Of a DNA stretch of 64,000 bases, positions 19,168-29,245 are shown piece by piece (within the stretch, counting starts at the first letter, position 1; each line of letters opens with the position of its first letter). Position numbers and translations under genes: made by a program. This DNA is from Ignavibacteriota bacterium (GTDB lineage: Bacteria; Bacteroidota; Ignavibacteria; UBA10030; CAVZMI01), in the NCBI GenBank assembly GCA_963776275.1, contig CAVZMI010000038.1, positions 37,239-101,238 on the forward strand, in the 5' to 3' direction. The notes below the pieces were generated by a model, which was not told the DNA's origin, made no database searches, and worked only from the letters and a program-made list of their open reading frames with translations.

Positions 19168-20418
19168 GTGAGGGTTGTTCATCTCAGTACAGATGATATA
19201 CAAGGTGGAGCGGCGATTGCTGCTTTTCGGATACATCGCGGTCTATGTGAAGCGGGTATTGATTCGGTCATGCTTGTCGGAAAAAAGCTGACCGAGGATG
19301 TTCGTGTGATTTGTTCGACATCACGTTTTCATGAAGGGATGCGGATCATCCGGCGGAATATTGATTCGATCCCTTTTCGTTTTTATAAACGCCGCTGGTC
19401 GCTCGGATGGCTGCCGTCAACCATCCATCGACGCATAAATGAATTACACCCCGATATAGTTCATATCCATCTTGTCTCCGACGGTTTTCTTCCTCTCCGG
19501 TTATTGCAGAAATTAAAAATCCCGATTGTATGGACGATGCACGATATGTGGGCATTCACAGGAGGATGTCACTACAGCAGCAATTGCACACGATATACTC
19601 AGAAGTGCGGAGCTTGTCCCCAATTATACTCACATCGTGAATCGGATCTGACACGGTTTGGATGGTCGATGAAGGCATCAGCCGTGAAGAAGCTGAATAT
19701 GACCGTGGTTGGTCCGAGCCTCTGGATGGCCCAATGTGCTCAAAGCAGTAGTGTCTTTCAACATGTATCCGTAATGAATATTCCCTATGGCCTTGACCTG
19801 AAGGAATTCAAACCTATCGATCAGACCACAGCCCGTACCATTCTGGGTCTCCCAAAAGATAAACGGTTACTTCTGTTCGGCGGTATGAGTCCCACCGATG
19901 ACCCGAGAAAAGGATTTCGACAGCTGATCGAAGCGTTACAGAATGATGAGATCCGGAAGAAAATGAGCGATGTCGAGGTAATCATTTTTGGGGCTTCGCA
20001 GTTGAATTCGCAATTATCTCTTCCGCTGAAAACTCATTTTATGGGTCGTGTCCACGATACAAGCAGCCTGAACCTCATCTACTCAGCTTCGGATGCATTC
20101 GTTGCTCCTTCGCTTGAAGAGAATCTTGCCAATACAGTACTTGAGTCCCTTGCCAGCGGTACGCCAGTCATTGCATTCCGCATCGGCGGTATGCCCGACA
20201 TGATCAGGCACAATGAGAATGGATATCTCGCTGCTCCACTCGATCCGGCAGATCTCGCAATGGGGATCAACTGGGTGTTATCTGAAAAGAATCGCCTTGA
20301 GAAACTCCGGATAAATGCACGACGCACGATCGAAGAGAAGTTCGATATCCGAGATGTTGCACGGCAGTATAGTGAATTGTACTCTCAAATGTCGTCAGTA
20401 ACAGTCCCCTCTCTCTGA
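19168..20418 (+). CDS. Glycosyltransferase family 4 (WcaC-like)
   Basis: GGAAIAA, WTMHDMWAFTGGCHY, ENLANTVLESLASGTPV. Confidence 0.9.
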   Translation: MRVVHLSTDDIQGGAAIAAFRIHRGLCEAGIDSVMLVGKKLTEDVRVICSTSRFHEGMRIIRRNIDSIPFRFYKRRWSLGWLPSTIHRRINELHPDIVHIHLVSDGFLPLRLLQKLKIPIVWTMHDMWAFTGGCHYSSNCTRYTQKCGACPQLYSHRESDLTRFGWSMKASAVKKLNMTVVGPSLWMAQCAQSSSVFQHVSVMNIPYGLDLKEFKPIDQTTARTILGLPKDKRLLLFGGMSPTDDPRKGFRQLIEALQNDEIRKKMSDVEVIIFGASQLNSQLSLPLKTHFMGRVHDTSSLNLIYSASDAFVAPSLEENLANTVLESLASGTPVIAFRIGGMPDMIRHNENGYLAAPLDPADLAMGINWVLSEKNRLEKLRINARRTIEEKFDIRDVARQYSELYSQMSSVTVPSL

Positions 20419-20740
20419 GAGGGGCGTCGTCCTGAGCGAGTCCCGCCGGACTTGTCCCGAAGTTCATCGAGGGATGGCGGGACGAGTCGAAGGATGGTCG
20501 CCGTAGGGAGGGCGGGGTGTGTTAGATGGCGCTTTATGACACACCCCTATGCTTCCCCTCTCAAGAGGGGAATATTTTCTTTTTTTCAATGTTCCGTTAT
20601 CTTCATTCGAAATAATTATTTGAGCTTGGTATTTATAACAGTTGAGATAATAACAGTCCCCTCTCTTTGAGAGGGGTGGTCGCCTACGGCGACCGGGGTG
20701 TGTAAGAGAGTGCTTTATCACACACCCTCTCCATAGAGGT
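20403..20740 (-). mobile_element. Non-autonomous, internally deleted copy of the DUF559 repeat cassette at 49723-50440
   Basis: Reverse complement aligns by eye to the left repeat, the last ~50 nt of the DUF559 ORF (YKYQAQIIISNEDNGT vs YEYQAQMIISDVENET) and the right repeat including its CCTTCGACTC..TCGCTCAGGAC insert. Confidence 0.8.
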
Positions 20741-20802
20741 GTGTTTTCGATTTTCTTATATCAGGTTTTTTCTCAGTCAATTTAATTGTTAAAACCCTCG
20801 CA

Positions 20803-22134
20803 ATGAACCTTTTTTCAAAACTGACACAAAAAATAATCGCCTGGATGGGCGGTGGGACAAATTCGGCCCGAGTTCTCGCCAACCTTCAGTGGCTTGTAGC
20901 CGATCGGTTCATCCGTGCAGTTTTTGGTTTCATCATCAGCGTTCTGGTAACTCGTTACCTTGGACCCGACTATTTTGGAACGCTGAGTTATGCAGTTGCC
21001 TACGTAGGAATGTTCGCAGCATTTGCCGGTCTGGGACTTGAGACAATAGTCATCCGCGAAATTGCCAAAGATGTCTCAAAAAAAAATGTATTGCTGGGGA
21101 CAGCATTTTTCCTTAAATCCACCGCAAGTATCTTCGCATTGATCTGTATCATCGTTAGTACACTGATTTCTGATATGGATCATACAACAAAAATTCTCAT
21201 CGCGATAGTAGCAGCCGGTCTTTTTTTCAACGGGTGGGACGTCGTCGATTACTGGTTCCAGTCGCAAGTCCAATCGCGGTTCAACGTTATCGCACGGAAC
21301 GTATCGAATGTCCTTTCCATCCTTGTCAGGCTTATCCTGGTTCTCTTTCACGCGCCTTTGATTGCATTTGCAATAGCCACTGCAGTCGATACATTACTCG
21401 CGGCAGCAGCGCTGGCCATAGCTTATCTGAAGACCTCCGATCACATTCGTGAGTGGAAGATCGAATTCCTGTTGGCAAACTCATTGCTGAAAGAATCATG
21501 GCCGTTGATGCTATCGGCCTTTGCCGTCACAGTATACATGAGAGTGGATCAAATTATTTTGGGAAATTTCGGCGGGTCTCACAGCGTGGGAATTTATGCA
21601 GCCGCGGTGAAATTATCCGAGTTATGGTATTTCATTCCAATGGCGATTTCATCATCGATTTTTCCTATACTTGTTTCGTACCGGAAAGAAAATGAACAAT
21701 TATTTTATAGTAAATTTCAAAAATATTCCGCAGTGCTGGTGGTAATTTCTGTCGGTATTGCCATAGTCACTACATTATTTTCGGGTAGTATCACCCGACT
21801 TATCTACGGGGCACGGTTCAGTGAATCCGCGCCGGTTCTTGCACTGTATATATGGGCGGGAATTTTTGTGTTTATTGGCGTAGGGGCTTCAAACTGGACG
21901 ATTATCGAGGGGCGCCAGAAGATTCTTATGTATGCCACATTTGCAGGGGCAGTATCGAATGTTGTACTTAATCTATTACTCGTCCCGCGTTATCATGAAA
22001 TGGGTGCTGCAGTTGCCACTATCGTGGGTTATGCTGTTGCCGGCTATTTTACTTTTTTCGTATTGCCTGAATCAAGAAAAGTGGCTATTATATTCACAAA
22101 AGCCATCTTTTTCCCGTGGAAATATTTATTATAG
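20803..22134 (+). CDS. wzx: Wzx polysaccharide flippase
   Basis: RYLGPDYFGTLSY, RVDQIILG, VGIYAAAVKLSE; multiple TM segments. Confidence 0.92.
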   Translation: MNLFSKLTQKIIAWMGGGTNSARVLANLQWLVADRFIRAVFGFIISVLVTRYLGPDYFGTLSYAVAYVGMFAAFAGLGLETIVIREIAKDVSKKNVLLGTAFFLKSTASIFALICIIVSTLISDMDHTTKILIAIVAAGLFFNGWDVVDYWFQSQVQSRFNVIARNVSNVLSILVRLILVLFHAPLIAFAIATAVDTLLAAAALAIAYLKTSDHIREWKIEFLLANSLLKESWPLMLSAFAVTVYMRVDQIILGNFGGSHSVGIYAAAVKLSELWYFIPMAISSSIFPILVSYRKENEQLFYSKFQKYSAVLVVISVGIAIVTTLFSGSITRLIYGARFSESAPVLALYIWAGIFVFIGVGASNWTIIEGRQKILMYATFAGAVSNVVLNLLLVPRYHEMGAAVATIVGYAVAGYFTFFVLPESRKVAIIFTKAIFFPWKYLL

Positions 22135-22177
22135 TGTCTCGATTGATGGTTCGACGAGCTCACCACAAGCTCGACAC
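22135..22177. repeat. Short nested REP-like unit (GTGTCTCGA..GGTTCGACGAGCTCACC..GCTCGACAC)
   Basis: Outer GTGTC/GACAC pair enclosing an inner TTCGAC..GCTCA motif also present in the 20.4 and 50.4 kb inserts. Confidence 0.45.
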
Positions 22178-22231
22178 AGGTATTTTTTCGGATCTTTTTG
22201 CCGAATATATATAATAGTGGTATCCGAGGAT

Positions 22232-22870
22232 ATGATATATAAAATATTGAAACGATGTGCAGCGGTATGCGCTCTGATGGTATTTGAGCTGAAAGCTCTT
22301 CTGAAATCGGTCTATTCGATTGTGAAAGTGAGGCTCTGGGGGGAGAGGATACTCAATGCACGGATTGAAATCGGCAGTTCTCATCCTCGCAAGGGATTCT
22401 ATACGCTTGATCTCAGCGGGAAAGCCGATTTCCCCTTTGACTTACGGAACGGATTGCCATTCCCGGATAATTCGATCAGTACGATCTATGCAGAACATAT
22501 ACTTGAACATTTTGCATACAATGAATTTCTATATTTACTGCAGGAAGTCCGCCGCGTGCTGATTCCTGCCGGAGTATTCTCGATTGTCGTTCCCGATGTA
22601 CGCCCATTGATGATGGCATATTCTGTTCCTGAAGACGAGTTTAAGCAGCGTGTAACATATGAATATCCCGGGAATCTCAAAACGAAGCTCGATATCATCA
22701 ATTTTCTTTTCTATATGGACGGCGGTCATAAAAATGCATTTGATGCCGATAATATTACCCGTGCACTCTCTGATGCAGGTTTTGTGAATGTTCGTTCGCG
22801 TGAATTCGACCCGGAACTTGATAAGGAAGAGCGGAGAAAAAATTCGTTATATATGGAAGGCAGAAAATAA
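22232..22870 (+). CDS. Class I SAM methyltransferase (Methyltransf_11-like); start moved to 22232
   Basis: DLRNGLPFPDNS, AEHILEH, RRVLIPAG..VVPD; GAGGA RBS. Confidence 0.8.
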   Translation: MIYKILKRCAAVCALMVFELKALLKSVYSIVKVRLWGERILNARIEIGSSHPRKGFYTLDLSGKADFPFDLRNGLPFPDNSISTIYAEHILEHFAYNEFLYLLQEVRRVLIPAGVFSIVVPDVRPLMMAYSVPEDEFKQRVTYEYPGNLKTKLDIINFLFYMDGGHKNAFDADNITRALSDAGFVNVRSREFDPELDKEERRKNSLYMEGRK

Positions 22871-23709
22871 TGTCACTGAAATCATCCATAGCATCAACTC
22901 TTACACGGATCTATCGCACCCTTTTTGCACGGAGGTGCTGCTGGGAATTGAATCTCTTTCTATACGATCTGGCTCTCAGGGGAATGGGAATTCTAAATTA
23001 TGAAAACCGGGGTGTCAGTGGGGAAAAAAGATTCTTACAGGATTACTTGAGACCAAAAAACCACAGTATCGTCGTCGATGTGGGGGCGAATATTGGTGAA
23101 TACGCGAAAATGGTGATCGAAATCCAACCGACCGCCACTGTTTATGCGATTGAACCGCATCCGGTTACATTTGTGAAACTTCAACAGAATGCAGATGCCA
23201 ATAAATTCAGAGCATTTAATTTCGCCTGCGATGCACATGGCGGACAAATAACTTTATATGATTATGCAGAAAATGATGGATCGGAACATGCTTCTGTTTT
23301 TAAAGAGGCAATAATGGAATTTTATCATAAAGAGCCAGTGGCACATGTTGTCACCTTAATGACATTAGACGATTTTATGATTCAGAATACTATAGAAAAA
23401 ATCGACTTGCTCAAAATCGATGTCGAGGGGAATGAATTGAATGTTTTGAAAGGATGTACGAGGGCAATCGGGGAAGGAAAGATAAACGTGATTCATTTCG
23501 AATTCAACGAAATGAATATTCTCAGCCGGACCTATTTCAAAGACTTTATTACGGCTCTTCCGGAATATGTTTTCTTTCGTATGCTTCCCTCGGGTCTAAA
23601 GCCGATGAGGGAATACAGACCCCTTACTCATGAAATCTTCGCTTTTCAGAATATTGTCGCGATGCGTCATGCCATGATGGATGAAAAGTTTAGGGAGCTT
23701 ATTACCTAA
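22870..23709 (+). CDS. FkbM-family methyltransferase
   Basis: VDVGANIG, AIEP, LLKIDVEGNE. Confidence 0.9.
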   Translation: MSLKSSIASTLTRIYRTLFARRCCWELNLFLYDLALRGMGILNYENRGVSGEKRFLQDYLRPKNHSIVVDVGANIGEYAKMVIEIQPTATVYAIEPHPVTFVKLQQNADANKFRAFNFACDAHGGQITLYDYAENDGSEHASVFKEAIMEFYHKEPVAHVVTLMTLDDFMIQNTIEKIDLLKIDVEGNELNVLKGCTRAIGEGKINVIHFEFNEMNILSRTYFKDFITALPEYVFFRMLPSGLKPMREYRPLTHEIFAFQNIVAMRHAMMDEKFRELIT

Positions 23710-23836
23710 CAAGATTAATCTAATAAAGTTTTAATGCGATTTGGCTGGCAAAACCGAAGAAACTATATATTATACGGGTTTAAGAATCATAATTTTAAGC
23801 ATTGTACTAGGAATCAAAAACTTTCGCTTGGATTTT

Positions 23837-24764
23837 ATGCAAACGTCTTTTGACATACCCATATTATTAATCGTTTTTAACAGACCGGGGACAACGTCGA
23901 AAGTATTTAGTGTGATAAGAGAAACTAAACCGGGGCGATTATATATTGCTGCGGATGCGTTCGCGCCCCGGTATTCAAAGTGATCTCGCCGCATGTGCAA
24001 GCGTACGAGAAATAGTCGGCAATATTGATTGGCCCTGTGAAAATAAATTTCTATTTCATGAAAATAATCTTGGTTGTCGAGATTCTATGATAACGGCAAT
24101 AACGTGGTTATTCACTCATGAAGAAAGAGGAATTATCTTGGAGGACGATTGTCTGCCGGTACACTCCTTTTTTCTTTATTGTAAAGAGTTATTGGATCGG
24201 TACAAAGATAATGAAAATATTATGCATATCGGCGGGAATAATTTTCAAAATGGTAAAACACGGGGTGAGGCGAGCTATTACTTTTCTGCATTTAGTCACA
24301 ATTGGGGATGGGCTACCTGGAGACGAGCGTGGAATTTGTACGACAAGCAAGTTGATGGGCTGCAAGATTTATTACAAAAAAAATGCCTCGATAGAATTTT
24401 CAAAAGCACTATTGATCGACAGTACTGGACAATGATTTTTGGGCTTATGCGTAGAGGAGAAATTTCAATATGGGATTACCAATGGCAATTCAGTATATGG
24501 AACAATGGAGGACTTTGCATATCACCAAATAATAATTTAGTCACGAATATAGGATTCGGAGATGCTGCCACCCATACTAAAAATATCTATAGTTGGCTGG
24601 CGAATCTCCACTCAACTAATATATCAATTCCGCTTATTCATCCGATAAAAATACAACGAGATCTCGAAGCTGATGGTTATACTCAGCGTAAAATATTCCG
24701 ACCAAAACCCTTGATATTGAGAATTATCAAGAAGCTATTTACCATATTCAGAAAAAGAATTTGA
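23837..24764 (+). CDS. GT-A fold nucleotide-diphospho-sugar transferase, frameshifted near 23960
   Basis: PILLIVFNRP..LYIAAD in one frame, continuing NLGC, IILEDDC, WGWATWRRAW, NLVTNIGFG in the next. Confidence 0.8.
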
Positions 24765-24903
24765 AGTTTTTATACTTTGAATATAGCTTATAAACTTAAT
24801 AAGGACTTATCATTAAAGCATAGAGAGGGTGATGGTTCATTTTCATAAGATATATGCGCAGATAAAGAGATATGATGATCGGTCTTGATTAAACGAGGAG
24901 AAA

Positions 24904-25884
24904 ATGGCATTGCATAATACATCTAAAATATTAGAACTCAATAATCTACATCCTGTTTTCCTGGATATTGGTGCTTCAGGAAAACCGCAGGATATATTAG
25001 ATCCAATCTCTCGTCAGAGTATCTATATCGGATTCGATCCGGATACGAGAGATACTCAAGATTCCAGACCAACACAGTACTGGAAATCATTCATCATCAA
25101 TAAAGCTATCGTTACAACCGATGATGAAACTAAAACTTCTTTTTTCTTGACACGATCGCCATATTGCTCCAGTACGTTGCTGCCGGATACAAAATCGATT
25201 TGTGATTATCTTTTTTCGGATTTATTCATTGTAGAGAAAAAGATCACGGTCGATGCGATTTCTATTGATAGACTCCTTCAAGAATTAAATTTATCGGGCA
25301 TCGATTGGTTCAAGACCGACTCACAAGGAACTGATTTGCGACTTTTCAGCAGCATATCATCCCAAATTCGTTCACGTATTATGGCTGTCGATATCGAACC
25401 GGGACTTGTGGATGTTTATCAGGGAGAAGACCTATTTATTAATGCCCATCAAGTATTACTTAAGGAAGGATTTTGGCCTTCCCGGTTAAATATCGGTAAG
25501 GCAATCCGTATGAAGAGATCAAACATGGATTCATTAGTGGCAATTCATTCTCGTTTCTCAGAAAAGAGAATAAATTCTTTATTACATCCTAGCCCGATAT
25601 ATTGTGAGGCTCGATATTTAAGATCTATTGATTGGTTAGTCGATCATAATTTCAGCAAGAGAGAATATATCCTGTTATGGATTTTTGCTTTACTTGATGA
25701 TCAGCCGGGGTACGCTTTTGATATCGTAACGATGTATGAAAATCTTTTTGAACGAGATAATGTTTTTGACATCATGAGAGATGATACCCTCCGGGTGTTG
25801 AAGTCTCGAATGTCATTGCACAATCGTGTCAAACGAATCATAAAAAAAATTATACAGAAAGTTGAACGGCACTTTTTAAATTAA
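24904..25884 (+). CDS. FkbM-like methyltransferase
   Basis: FLDIGASG, GFDPD, WFKTDSQGTD. Confidence 0.7.
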   Translation: MALHNTSKILELNNLHPVFLDIGASGKPQDILDPISRQSIYIGFDPDTRDTQDSRPTQYWKSFIINKAIVTTDDETKTSFFLTRSPYCSSTLLPDTKSICDYLFSDLFIVEKKITVDAISIDRLLQELNLSGIDWFKTDSQGTDLRLFSSISSQIRSRIMAVDIEPGLVDVYQGEDLFINAHQVLLKEGFWPSRLNIGKAIRMKRSNMDSLVAIHSRFSEKRINSLLHPSPIYCEARYLRSIDWLVDHNFSKREYILLWIFALLDDQPGYAFDIVTMYENLFERDNVFDIMRDDTLRVLKSRMSLHNRVKRIIKKIIQKVERHFLN

Positions 25885-25916
25885 TAACTAATAAATTATA
25901 AAGAGTATATATAGAT

Positions 25917-26624
25917 ATGTTCCCGAAGATAAATTCAATATGCAACCATACATTCATATCTTCTATTCTCGATAAGAAATCGGTTGTTATTGATTTAGGG
26001 GCAAATGAGGGAACATTTTCTGATTCAATAGCAGATGAATTGCATTGCGATATTTTTGCGTGTGAACCAATTCCGCAACTCTATAATCAGATTAATGAGA
26101 AGCGGAGAATTAAAAAATTCCCATATTGCATTTCCCGGAAAAACGGTCCTATTTCGATAAAGATTCCGGATGATTCGTGTGCAAGTTTATATCATCCAAA
26201 CGAGGTTAAAAAAGACATTAGCATTGTTGTTGAGGGTGTCATCTATAGTTCTTTTATAAAGGAAATAAATGTCAAGAGTATAGACTTGCTGAAGGTAGAT
26301 ATCGAAGGTGCCGAGATCGATCTCTTCAATTCGATGTCAATTGCAGACTTTCAATCTCATACGCAAATTACAGTTGAATTCCATGATTTTCTTTTTCCGG
26401 AATTGAAAGAACGAATAAATCAAATTAAATTGAAAATAAAAGAGAGTGGATTCTATCAAGTCTCATTCTCACTTGACAATACGGATGTCCTGTTTATCCG
26501 GAAGAGCGCGCTTTCACTCTGGAGATATCTCTATTTAAAATATTTTCTGAAATACTATAGAAAAAGAAAAAAAATTCTTCCTCGGGTTAGATATAAATTT
26601 GAAGAGATGGTAAAATTAAAATAG
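25917..26624 (+). CDS. FkbM-family methyltransferase
   Basis: IDLGANEG, LLKVDIEGAE, QITVEFH. Confidence 0.88.
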   Translation: MFPKINSICNHTFISSILDKKSVVIDLGANEGTFSDSIADELHCDIFACEPIPQLYNQINEKRRIKKFPYCISRKNGPISIKIPDDSCASLYHPNEVKKDISIVVEGVIYSSFIKEINVKSIDLLKVDIEGAEIDLFNSMSIADFQSHTQITVEFHDFLFPELKERINQIKLKIKESGFYQVSFSLDNTDVLFIRKSALSLWRYLYLKYFLKYYRKRKKILPRVRYKFEEMVKLK

Positions 26625-26628
26625 CGAT

Positions 26629-27912
26629 ATGAATGGAATTACAGCAGAGCGTCGACGAAATACGGTAATTATATCAAATGGCCATGGTAAGTTCCATTTG
26701 ATTTACGCTGCTCAGAGTGCCGAACGACATGGTATACTTGACCAGCTCATCACAGCAGCATACCCGACTGCATTCTTAAAGTATGTGCTTCGTATTATCA
26801 CGGCAATTATCCCAAGTAACCGGTTGAAACGCTGGATGCTTCGAGAAGTGGAGGGTGTACCCGGGGAAAAAATTCGGACATGTACTCTTTCTGAACCGTT
26901 TAACCAACTTGCCGTGAAATTTCCTCAATTTGGATTTAACGGATCGAGGAAACCACAGCTCGATGCCCTTGCATTCAGGATATATCAGCGAAGTGCCATG
27001 CGATATATTAGCAACTCAAAGGCAGGGTTATATCACTGCCGTTCTGGGTATGGTGGAAGGACTATTTCCCACGCTCGGAGTAAAGGGATGGTCATTCTGG
27101 TTGACCATTCCATTGCCCACCCCCAGGCATTAATGCAATTGATAAGGAATGAAGGTGTATATAATTCTCGACTACATGTCCATCTTCCGCCAATGTGGCG
27201 ATTAGTCCAGGATGATATCGAGACTGCGGATTGGATTCTGGTGAATTCTGATTTTGTCAGGAAAACAATGGTCGACTTTGGGTGTCCGAAAGATCGAATC
27301 ATAGTTCAATATTGGGGTATTGACGCAGAAATAGAAAAATATCTGGAGAAATCAGCGAGAACACAGCGTACTGATAATACGGATATAAAATTTCTATTTG
27401 CAGGTGGAGTAGAAAAAAGAAAAGGTGCCGATCTATTGCTCGATGTCATCAGGAAATTACCACAGCATGGTTGGTCAATTACCTTAGCCGGTGGAATTGA
27501 GCAAGAACTCAAGAGTAAAATTGTAGATATTCAAAATATAAATGTGAAAGTCCTCGGTGCCATTCTCCGTCAGGATCTCATTCGCCTCATGCTCGATCAT
27601 GATGTATTCATCTTTCCGACGCTCGCAGAAGGCTCTGCCCGGGTAGTATTTGAAGCCATGGCTTCAGGGATGGCGATCATCACAACTCCGAATGCCGGTT
27701 CTGTCGTCGAACATGGAAAACATGGATACCTCATCGATCCGGGAAATCGTGAGTCACTGTATAATGCGATAATGCAATGCTTCGATAACCGGGTTGGTCT
27801 AAAAAATTTCGGTCTATCAGCACGTAAGTTGGTTCAGAATCAATATCATAGCGCTGTCTATAATGATGCGATGGCCACACTATATTCAACATTATTAACC
27901 AATAAACAATAG
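26629..27912 (+). CDS. Glycosyltransferase family 4
   Basis: KRKG, FPTLAEGSARVVFEAMASG. Confidence 0.88.
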   Translation: MNGITAERRRNTVIISNGHGKFHLIYAAQSAERHGILDQLITAAYPTAFLKYVLRIITAIIPSNRLKRWMLREVEGVPGEKIRTCTLSEPFNQLAVKFPQFGFNGSRKPQLDALAFRIYQRSAMRYISNSKAGLYHCRSGYGGRTISHARSKGMVILVDHSIAHPQALMQLIRNEGVYNSRLHVHLPPMWRLVQDDIETADWILVNSDFVRKTMVDFGCPKDRIIVQYWGIDAEIEKYLEKSARTQRTDNTDIKFLFAGGVEKRKGADLLLDVIRKLPQHGWSITLAGGIEQELKSKIVDIQNINVKVLGAILRQDLIRLMLDHDVFIFPTLAEGSARVVFEAMASGMAIITTPNAGSVVEHGKHGYLIDPGNRESLYNAIMQCFDNRVGLKNFGLSARKLVQNQYHSAVYNDAMATLYSTLLTNKQ

Positions 27913-27922
27913 AGTACCTATA

Positions 27923-29245
27923 ATGCCAGGTAATCATAGTAATGCCGTATTATCAAGAGAAGCCGACATTCCACCAAGAGTGGAAATGTTATCCGACGAA
28001 AAGTTAGGATTTTTCATGAAGGCATTTTGTTTGATTCTCCCATGTCTTAATCTTATCGAGTTTCAGATCGTCGGCAGATTATTTTTATCGGAGACCATTC
28101 TCACAATCTGTCTCCCATTGCTTCTTATTCGAAAGGGTCGGATGCTTCGTAGACCTATACCTCGGACAATAATTATTCTCGGTGTTGTGTGGCTGATATC
28201 ACAGATTATTACTGATATTATACGGGCAACGCCGTTCGAAGATTATTCCCGGGGTTGGGCAAAAATAGTATTTACGCTTATTAATTTTTCGGCCCTGTAT
28301 ATACTATTATATCAAAAACGACGTGCTATAATTTATTTTGCTATCGGCATTGCAGGTTATCAGGTCCTAGTATACTTTGTAAATCCTAGTACTGAAGCTC
28401 TTGGTCAATGGTGGAAATTTGGGTTAGGCGTTCCCATGGTAATGATTGCTGTATTAGTATTTCAGAGCCGGTTTATCAGGCGAAAACCATTGTTACCTAC
28501 CATTATTATGATGGTCTTTGCTGTTATTAGTATCAGTATGGGATCTCGATCACTTGGGGGAGCTTGTTTTTTGATGGGTTCCTATTTTTTCATTGATAAT
28601 GTTTCATTTCGTTCTCCGTTTGCCATAAAGCATTTGTCAATTGGGAATAAAATCATAATAGGTTTATCTCTCGTTGTATTTTTCTTTGGATTTCAATATA
28701 TGTACCAGAATGTTATTTCGAAAGCAGCCGTCGATGTCAAAGAAAAAGAAAAGAGTCAGAGCGAAGGGGATTATGGATTATTCCTTGGAGGGAGATCGGA
28801 AATTATCTCCTCCTTCTATGCTATCAGTGATTCTCCACTTCTGGGACATGGCTCGTGGGCAAAAAATCCCAAATATGATCAGATGATGTATCATTTCTTA
28901 CGTGATGCAGGTTATAAGCCGGGTAAAAATTTTTCGGATTTGATACCAACACATTCGCATCTTTGGGGAGCGTGGGTTGAGGCGGGTGTCCTCGGTGCGG
29001 TCTTCTGGTTGTTTATTTTTATTTTGACATTTAGGGTGTTCCTGGAGATGTATAAAGTCAACGAACCGCTAAATTTTCTCGCTGTCTTCGTCGTAGTAAC
29101 GCTTCTCTGGAGTATTTTTTTCTCACCCTATGGGGCAACAGCGCGATTTATCGAGACTTTTTTCATCATCGTTGTTATTACTGTATTAGACAATATTAAA
29201 GTACAAAAGCAATCATCAGAGAAACAACGACTCGATGCGAATTAG
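27923..29245 (+). CDS. wzy: O-antigen polymerase/ligase family membrane protein (Wzy-like)
   Basis: About 11 TM segments, GSRS, SPLLGHG, HSH..WVEAGVLG. Confidence 0.75.
   Translation: MPGNHSNAVLSREADIPPRVEMLSDEKLGFFMKAFCLILPCLNLIEFQIVGRLFLSETILTICLPLLLIRKGRMLRRPIPRTIIILGVVWLISQIITDIIRATPFEDYSRGWAKIVFTLINFSALYILLYQKRRAIIYFAIGIAGYQVLVYFVNPSTEALGQWWKFGLGVPMVMIAVLVFQSRFIRRKPLLPTIIMMVFAVISISMGSRSLGGACFLMGSYFFIDNVSFRSPFAIKHLSIGNKIIIGLSLVVFFFGFQYMYQNVISKAAVDVKEKEKSQSEGDYGLFLGGRSEIISSFYAISDSPLLGHGSWAKNPKYDQMMYHFLRDAGYKPGKNFSDLIPTHSHLWGAWVEAGVLGAVFWLFIFILTFRVFLEMYKVNEPLNFLAVFVVVTLLWSIFFSPYGATARFIETFFIIVVITVLDNIKVQKQSSEKQRLDAN

Noticed and set aside
20452-20721. Short ORFs (20452+, 20464-, 20267-) and similar ones at 49636- and 50302+
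   Set aside because: Translations of palindromic repeats; only the YKYQAQIIIS segment is informative, as a DUF559 remnant.
21932-22231. N-terminal extension of methyltransferase ORF
   Set aside because: Overlaps wzx out of frame and a repeat; RBS supports start at 22232.
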